Shown one piece after another: positions 25,901-34,900 of a stretch of DNA of 64,000 bases (position 1 is its first letter; every line of letters begins with the position of its first letter). This DNA is from Bugula neritina. Lineage: Eukaryota > Animalia > Bryozoa. The notes beneath the pieces were generated by a model. It did no database searches and was not told the DNA's origin. It saw nothing but the letters and a program-made list of their open reading frames with translations. A program made the translations under genes and the position numbers. Location of the stretch: the NCBI GenBank assembly GCA_964035545.1, contig OZ037765.1, positions 35,302,080 to 35,366,079 on the forward strand, written 5' to 3'.

Positions 25901-28900
25901 ACACTCTGATCAAGGCGCTCAATTCCAGTCTCAACTGATGAGCGACCTTTGCCACCTCTGGGGAGTAAATCAGAGCAGGACCACCCCCTACCACCCTCAA
26001 GGTAACGGGGTGGTGGAGCGCAACAACCGGATGCTAGGTGATGCACTCCGGAGTCTCCTCCTTGGACGAGGTCAAGAGGAATGGGATACGGTGTTGCCGC
26101 AAGTCATGCGTGCATACCGTAGCACCCCACACACCAGTACTGGTGAGACCCCAAACCTCTTGATGCTCGGGAGAGAGACTCGTGTCCCTGACCATCTCAC
26201 CTATCACGTTCCAGAGCAAGACAACTCGGTTCACGAGTATGCCAGTGAACTAGTGGAACGGATGAAGGCCGCACACGATATACTGCGCCAACAGCAGTGG
26301 AAGGTGCGGCACGAAGATTCCGATGAACCACCTCTCTATCAAACGGGAGATAAGGTGTGGATGGTCAATTACGGTAGGCGTCGCGGACAGGCTGATAAAC
26401 TGAAGCCTAAGTTCGTAGGCCCCTACGTGGTCGTCGAGGCTATGCCCAATCATACGTACAAGATCGAGCGCTCAGGACAGGTGTCTATCCAGAATGAGTC
26501 TCGCTTGAAACCGTATTGGGCTAGCCCCGACGGAGTGGGAGAAGCCCCCCCGTTGTAGAGCCCAGGAGGCAGACAACGACGCGCGGGCGACGGCGGCATG
26601 GACCTGAATACGAAGTGGTCATACCGCGGGAAAAAAACTTGGTGAGAGAGGAGCGGCAGCTTTTGTCAACAGAAGCGTGTCCGCCACCGCCAAGTCTAAT
26701 TCCATCACTTCCAGCAACCGAACCGGTTCCGGAAGTGCAAACCCCCACGGAGGGAGGGGCTCCATCCGGAGAACAAGAAGAGGTGACCGCTAACGGTGAA
26801 GTAGAGACGCCATTAGAGGCCCCTACTAACGAACCGGCAAGCGTGTCACCCCCCTAGAAAGGGGACAGCGTACGAGGCAACCCCCCGCATACTTGAAGGA
26901 CTTCATATGCGACTGCGTTAAAAGCGGCGTGTATGAAAGTCTAGGGGAAAACCGTACGAGAAAAGTATCGAGCAAATGTGGGAGTTGTCAACACCACGGA
27001 AATATCAACTTTTGTATCGGCGGAAATAGAAACAAAATTCATCCGCCGGGTGCACAAAGTCTTAATCACGCACCCCAACCACGTTGCTCGATCTTTTCAT
27101 ACGCTGATGCAGTCAGGAGTAGACGTGTTTCTAAGCAGTAGTTCAAACCATTTCACACATTCAGTATGTCTTACAACAACAGATCGTGGGGTGAGTTAAC
27201 TATATCTTAATACGAAACTAGATTGCATCGCTCAGCTCTGACTCACTGAGTCAACCGAGCTGGAGATAGGTTAGTGAAATACCGTAGTAAGAACTCAGTT
27301 TGACTTAGAGATTTTTATAATCTCATTGCAATACGTGTTCTATCTGACTATTCACTACCATAATCTCTACGAGGTAACTGAATTAGGAGTTGCCAAGCTA
27401 TTTAAGCTGACAACACGGCAGTGTACTGTATTAACACTGTTGAAACTTTTTCAGATTACACTCGACCCGCTACAACCAGGGTACGGGATAGAACACTTCC
27501 CGCTCCGCATCCGGAGGAGTATGCTAGTGGTGACCGGCCTGAGCCACTACGCCGCCGTTGGCGGTGGGTGTCTCCACAAACAGAGGAAGAAATAGAAACG
27601 GCCTGGGGGTCCAGAGGACGGACGAGATGCCAGATCTGTGGTGAAGATTGCGCCTCTCACCGCTCCCTTAAACTACACGTCAATGCTCATCTCCTACTAA
27701 CATTCTGCCCCTGCGGGTACAATGATGTGTATCTCTACCCCGTCACCAGACACCGAGCGACGGGCTGTTTCCCTGGAGAAAACTACGTGGTCGACGCTAA
27801 GCTATACCCGGAGTTCCTCACACTTATACGACCTCTGGTGAAGAAGGCCATGCTGTTAGCCGTTCTGTCCTCGGGATTCCAACGTGTGTTAGACAACGCC
27901 CGCCAACAATCCCCGTTGGTGTCTGACCGCCCTCAAATTACATACACCCCCGAGGAAATTACATATACAGAAGAAGGAGAGATCTCCCCTACCCCGACGA
28001 AGAGACGAACCAGGTCCCCCAGTCCACCCTTGCGCCGCAGACGGACACCGTCCCCAGACCCAGTCCGCCTAGCCACAGCAGAAGAACGCCTCCTGCGATT
28101 ACAAGAAGAATTCACCCAGCTGGCACCAGATCTACTTAACACTACAACAGGACTCTTCCAGCTAAAGGGATCCGTATGCCGTATGAAACGGAAACTGCGT
28201 ACATGCCAAGCCAAGCACCGGCGTGCCCAACAAGGACTCTAGTTAGACTACCCGGAGTACTCCAACTTCGCCTCTTGGGGGAAACCAAGATGTCATGTAA
28301 ACGTTTGACTGCTTAACAGGTTATCCCCTGTCTAACACCACAGCTAGCTAGTATTCCTCGTCTATCTACAGCTGGCCAATTGTATGCAACGGATCGTTAT
28401 AATGACTCTGTCTATTATTATGTCTCTTCCTGTATATTATGTGTTATTTTTGTCCACTGATGTATGCGGTTACTAATGAATGTTTTTTTTATATATATAT
28501 CAGAAAGATGGCTTTCTGCTGGTGGGGGCGGTGTGGTGGTTCGTGGAACTACCAGCAGCACAACATGTAGGATCGCGTAATTGACCCGGAACAATGGATA
28601 GCCAATTAGCGTAGTTGATAGTTAGCAGCAATTATAGTTTCCCGCTGTTAAGTCAGTCGAAGCTAGAGTGTGAAATAGATTAGATGTGTAACTTGTTTGA
28701 ATATAATGTATCGTTTTTATAATGTATAATTGTGTGTAAAATATACTCGTTCACTCGACTTATCCTGGTGTAGTTCTATAGCAAATAAATAGACTCTCTG
28801 GATAGCACATCAACCCTAAATCTGAAAATCATAACAATATAAGACATGTTCCAATATTTTAATTTCGTATAATGCTTGAATTAAGTAGAAGTTATAATAG

Positions 28901-31900
28901 TAAGCTGAGTTTAGTAGACTTTTTGTGGAAAATAAAAAGCTTGAGCTTTATTATGTAATATCCTGCAGACTAAAATCAGGTTCTGATCTAGCAATATATA
29001 ATGTATAGTTGGTATCTAAATAAGTTATATACAGTCGTTTGTTATACTATAAGCAGTAATAACCTTTAATTGAAATGTTATAAATAATAAATTTGTATTT
29101 TGAAGTATGAAACAAAAATGAAATATTTTAGCAATTGTCTGTAACTATGACAAATATTATTATATATAAAAATATAAATGCATAAACTGTGAAGGGTATA
29201 TACTTTGTATTCAGCTTGGTTTTGAAATGAAGGACTCATGCAGTATATTTCACATGTATATGTGAGATTCGTATCTACTGATGTCTTCTATTCCAACTTC
29301 ATACTCCATTAAATGAAATTTATTATATATCAATGGGAAACTTTATGCTAGAATTATATTTCCTTTTACTCTGATGGTTGTATTACTACATGATGTCTCA
29401 ACTAGTATATGTTTACTATAGCATGTCTAATCTGAAGAATCTGGAGACTCTTGATGTGTCAGAGAATAACTTCAGTAAAGGATTACCTAATGTAATCACA
29501 TCAATGACATCTCTAAGAGAGTTGAATATTACAGAATGTGAACTACCAACTCTACGTGAGAGGTTAGTGAAACCAACTTCATCTGAAATGTTCATTCAGT
29601 AATTTCAAAGAATTATTGAATTATATAATTCAATAATTAGACATACAACTATAATAATAAATACAATTTGCTTTTAGTTTTACAAATACATTTCATTGAA
29701 TTCAAAATATGTTTTTATACTTATTATATTATATTATATTTAATTGCATCAATTATTTTGTTTTATTATAATATTTTATTGCATCGTATCTCAATTATTA
29801 TATTATATGTTTGTTATATGTTTACTGATGTCTTCTATTCCAACTTCATATTCCATAAAATGAAATTTATCATATATCAATAGGAAACTTTATGCTAGAA
29901 TTATATTTCTATTGCTTTAGATGGTTGTATTACTACATGATGTCTCAACTAGTATATGTTTACTATAGCATGTCTAATCTGAAGAATCTGGAGACTCTTT
30001 ATATGTCAGTGAATAACTTCAATGAAGGATTACCTGATTTAGTCACATCAATGACATCTCTAAGGAAGTTGGATATTAGAAACTGTAAACTACCAACTCT
30101 ACCTGAGAGGTTAGTGAAAGTAACTTCATATGATATGTTTATCTAGTAACTCCAAAAGGTATTTTTGACTTCTATAATTTTGATCAGGCATCTATGATTA
30201 TAATAGCGGATGAAATGTGTTTGTATATAGTTTTACTTCATACAATCATCTTTCTTTGTAAGTTTGAGTGCTTTTTTATCTAGTGTGTTACATATTATTA
30301 TATTACACTGTATTATACTATTTTATACTACACTATATTGCATTACATTATATTATAATTATATATATTATGTTATATTATAATATAATATTAGAGTATA
30401 ATTATCTTCACTATCATATATGCTGACTCTAGCATTTCTATAGTACATTGTATTATATATTATATTGTAATATAATCAATTACACTATACTATATTATTT
30501 CAATACGATGTAATATAATATATTACTATTAAATTTTATACTGTATTATAATATATTTTACTGTATAATGGTACACTATACTATAATATATTATAACTCA
30601 ACTAGTATATGTTTACTATAGAATGTCTAATCTGAAGAATCTGGAGACTCTTGATATGTCAAAGAATAACTTCAGTAAAGGATTACCTGATGTAGTCACA
30701 TCAATGACATCTCTAAGAGAGTTGAATATTAGTCACTGTAACCTACCAACTCTACCTGATAGGTTAGTAAAACTAATTTTATATGAAATTTTCATTCAGT
30801 AATTTCAAAGAATAATTGAATTATATAATTCAATAATTAGACACACAACTATAATAATAAATATATTTTATTCAATTCAAAATATGTTATTATATTTAAT
30901 ATATTATATTATATTTAATTACATCAAATATTTTATTTCATTATAATATTTTATTATATTGCATCGTATCTCAACTAGTATTTTATGTGTTTACTGTAGC
31001 ATGTCTAATCTGAAGAATCTGAAGACTCTTGATATGTCAGGGAATAACTTCAGTGAAGGATTACCTGATGTAGTCACATCAATGGCATCTCTAAGAGAGT
31101 TGAATATAGAGACCTGTGAACTACCAACTCTACCTGAGAGGTTAGTAAATGCAAGCACCCTCCTAGTATTTTGCTTCCATGTTTATAGACATGCATCTCC
31201 TGTTGCTATGTACTGTTCAAATTATTACAAATTTCTTATTCCATATTTAATGTTAACCAAAAAGATCCTAAACAATGTTTTAACTCAAAAGAAATATCAC
31301 GTTATATATGCTACTCTTTTAACTTATTCCATAAAAAGCTGCATATATCCTGTTACATGATGTCTCAATCAGTATATGTTATAATATATATATTCATATA
31401 TTACATATGATGTCTCAACTAGTATATGTTTACTACAGCATGTCTAATCTGAAAAATCTGGATACTCTTAATATGTCAGGGAATAACTTCAGTGAATGTG
31501 AAGGATGCAGGATGTAGGATGTAGTTCTGCATTAGAAGTACTTATCCTACATTCCCCTCCCTTCAAACGACATCACAATTACTATAAGACACCAAATTAT
31601 CATAAGCAAATTCTATGGATTAAAATACTAATATACATATAATTATCATTAATGCAGTTATATGTCACAAGGAAACCTCATCTCCATGCTTTTTAGAGAG
31701 AAAACAGTTGCATTAAGGGCAGAATTCATCAAGTTGTATTTTATTGCATGTAACACCTAAGGATTTATCTATCACAACAGCTGTATACAGATGTAATTCT
31801 TTAACTGACAAATTTGAGAAAATTTTCTCATTCTAAATCTACAAACATGTTTACAAACTAATAGATATATCAAATTAATATAGGCTAATTATATGCAGCC

Positions 31901-34900
31901 TTTAATCAGATGAAATACTAAAATGTAAAATTATTATTATTATTATTATTGTTATTATTATTATTGTTGTTATTTTAACATGATGCGAAAAAACTTGGTC
32001 TTTATTTTTTTTCAAATAAAATAGTTGGGTTTAATTTATTAAATTATATTTTGTAATATTTTGTTGTATTTAGTTTACTTCCAAGTGGCGCAGGAGCACT
32101 TCTATAGTAAAACAGTTATTAGGAGTTGTCATTTCTTAAATGACGTGTTTAAGAAAAGTTGCCTGTGATAAGTATGCAGACATTTCGCAAATTCATAACA
32201 GTCTGAATAAGTGTTGAGTTGAGGTTGTAAGACTTTTCTAAACATTTTCAAAAGCTGTAACCAGAAGGAGTATATTTGCTGAATTCTGACTTATAATAAT
32301 ATATGTTTTATCTTAATTGCAGTTTGAAGTATTTGGAGAATCTGGAAGATCTGTATATTCAGAATAACAACTTTACTACAATTCCAGAGGCTGTCTGCAA
32401 CTTGAAGAAATTACAAGTGATACAGGTTGATGGATGCAAGTCTTTAACCACTCCCCCTTATGAAGTCTGCACCAGAGGATTGCCAGCAATCAGACAGTAT
32501 TACAGAGATCTTGCTAAAGGTGAAGGTGAAAGTCTCCCACTAGTCACCATTGCAGTGATTGGTAACACAATGGCAGGGAAGACAAGTCTCATCAGAACAT
32601 TGCAGAGTGAAGAGAGAAAGAGAGTGCTGACAAATCGTGGACCTGAGGCTGCCGTTGATGAAACAACTAAAGTCTTTAAAGTTGAAGAGTTGAAAGTGCA
32701 CAACACGCTTCTGAGACTAATTGACCTGGGAGGACAACCAGTGTACCACATGACGTACCAGCTTACACTTAAACAGAACTGCATCCCAATAGTAGTGGTG
32801 AACATGGAGCAGTATCATCAGCTGGCAGAAAAGAAGGGAAACAGAGAGGCTGTGAAAAGACTGGCTTTTGATTGGCTGGCTCATTTGTACGTGGCAAACC
32901 CTGGCATTGGACCACCAAAACTTGTGTTTACTCACAAAGACAAGTTTGATGAGGATAATTTCACAAAGATGACTACTGCTTTTACCAGCACAGCTGATCT
33001 ACTGAAAGATGAAATTATCAGAGAAGAGAAAAAACTTGACCAAAGCATAGCAAAGATAGAGCACTTCCATCAACACAGAGAGCTGTTCTCGCAAGAAGAT
33101 ATCTACTCAGTTGGAAAAGAAGATAATTATCAAACATACGAAGTCATGAAAACTGCCATTTTCAGGTCAGCTCAAAATTTTGTGAAAGTGTTGCCAAAGC
33201 TATGGGAAGATGTGAATGAGAAAGTCTTGGGATTACAGACAGCATTCAGTACACTTGATGAGATAATTGATACAGTGCTGCAAGTAGATGAAACCATCAC
33301 ATCTGATCAGCTTGCCATAATCCTCATCTACATGCATGATTGTGGTAAAGTCTTGTGGTACAAGGATATCCAGGAGTTGAACCAAATTATTTTTCACAAG
33401 ATTGAGGAAGTAACTAAATTACTCACAGTCTTGTTTCATCACGATGAAGATGTGTGGCAGACACGGCAAGCAAATTTTGAACCACCTCTTCTGACTAACG
33501 GAGCTTTTCTTGAGAAAGAACAGTTTGAGAATTCCATGGAGATTTTCTTGTCAACAGGAATCATGGAGAGCCAACTTCTAGAATATTTAATCAAAGCTGA
33601 GACAGCATTCTCCGATGAAAATGCACATCAACTTGCTGCTACTTTGCTGCAGAAATTCAGCATTCTGTACGGACCAGTTGATCGAGATTCAAAAAGCTGT
33701 TTCATTGTTCCCTTCTACTCCCCTGATTACCTAGAGAACACTCTCACTACTGATCAAGACATCATTCTCCATGCTGAGATCATGTTCAAAGGTCTCTCAA
33801 TCCCACAATATGTCTACCAACAGATGAGTGTTGTTGTCCTACGAATGTTCCCAGATGAGACAAGTGCTCCCCTCGTTACAAAAAATGGTGTAAAGGTTTT
33901 TCACAATGATGTCTCGGTGCGCCTTGTCCATGATGGCCTATCAAGGAAGGCAGATGTTACAGTGTCTGGAGCAGCAGAGAAAATCACAGATTGTTGGAAG
34001 CACATGGTCAGCATAACCAGGAAAATATCCAATGAGATCTACAGTTCATGGCCTGCCAGCAGAATGGTCCACAAGTCTAGTTGTACACACTGCATATTGA
34101 AAGGTGAATCCAGTCCTAAGGTTCAGGTAACTCCCAAATGGTGTGTCGACTTTCAAACGGAGACACCTTATGAGCAGTTCCAGAAGGAGATAGTGACAGT
34201 TCTTTGTAGAGGAGATAAGATCCTAAGCCCATTCATGCACCCATGTAAGTTAAGTTGGTGCGATAAAATAGTTCTGTAAGTTGAGAACTTAAAATATCTA
34301 AGTGTAGATAATATGTTGAATTTTGTTGGCAATCTTAGCTAGCTAAATTATGCATTTAAAATTTTTAAATAAATCAGGGTAACTAAAAGTATTTATGTTT
34401 TATGGGCTTTGTCTATTTATGATAATTATTGTTTATAAAATTGGGTGCAGCAACTTTTTTTGTTAACAAGAGAAGAATTGTTTATCATTCACTAATAAAA
34501 CTTGAAGTTTAATTGTAGGCAAGCCTTTCACTAAGTCTAAACTAAAGGAACTGAAGGCAATGCTGAAAAAGTTAAAGATGCAGCAGAAGCATTGGAAGAA
34601 AGAGACAGATGAATCAGGTATACTATACACTCAAGACTGAAGTGTCCTGCAGTTGTGTCTCCCTGAAGATCTAGAAAGGAAGTGATGTATTAAACAGACA
34701 GATAAAGTGTAATATGTTACAGAGACAAGCAAGCCCACACTCACTATATCTATAGCTCCTCTCCTACGACCAGCAGTACAGCAGACTGTGACAGACGGAG
34801 AGAGTGACCTCTCTGATGATGATGACTACATGGAACCTGCTGATGACCCTGACAGACAACTGGTATCTCTCAGACAGGCAGTTCTACCAACTACTAGGAA

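Larger units (their letters stand above)
21349..28836 (+). mobile_element. Full-length Ty3/Gypsy LTR retrotransposon (defective pol) inserted in an LRR-array intron
   Basis: Two 305-bp TG...CA LTRs with 3 differences. 4-bp TSD ATAT (21345-21348; 28837-28840). PBS and PPT present; gag then PR-RT-RNaseH-IN domain order. Confidence 0.97.

Noticed and set aside
22522-28214. Minus-strand and alternate-frame ORFs inside the Gypsy element
   Set aside because: Shadow ORFs of GC-richer coding sequence with no recognisable motifs.
27421-28242. env gene
   Set aside because: No signal peptide, fusion peptide or transmembrane helix; it has zinc fingers instead.
19807-28836. Diversity-generating retroelement (hypervariable repeats next to a reverse transcriptase)
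   Set aside because: The RT belongs to an ordinary Gypsy element with LTRs and TSD that inserted after cassette duplication. There is no invariant template repeat, and the variation is not confined to adenines.
32303-34279. Naming the ROCO gene LRRK1/2, MFHAS1 or DAPK1, or treating the 658-aa ORF as a standalone gene
   Set aside because: No kinase or death domain. The ORF ends are intronic (acceptor 32322, donor 34245), and orthology cannot be established by eye.
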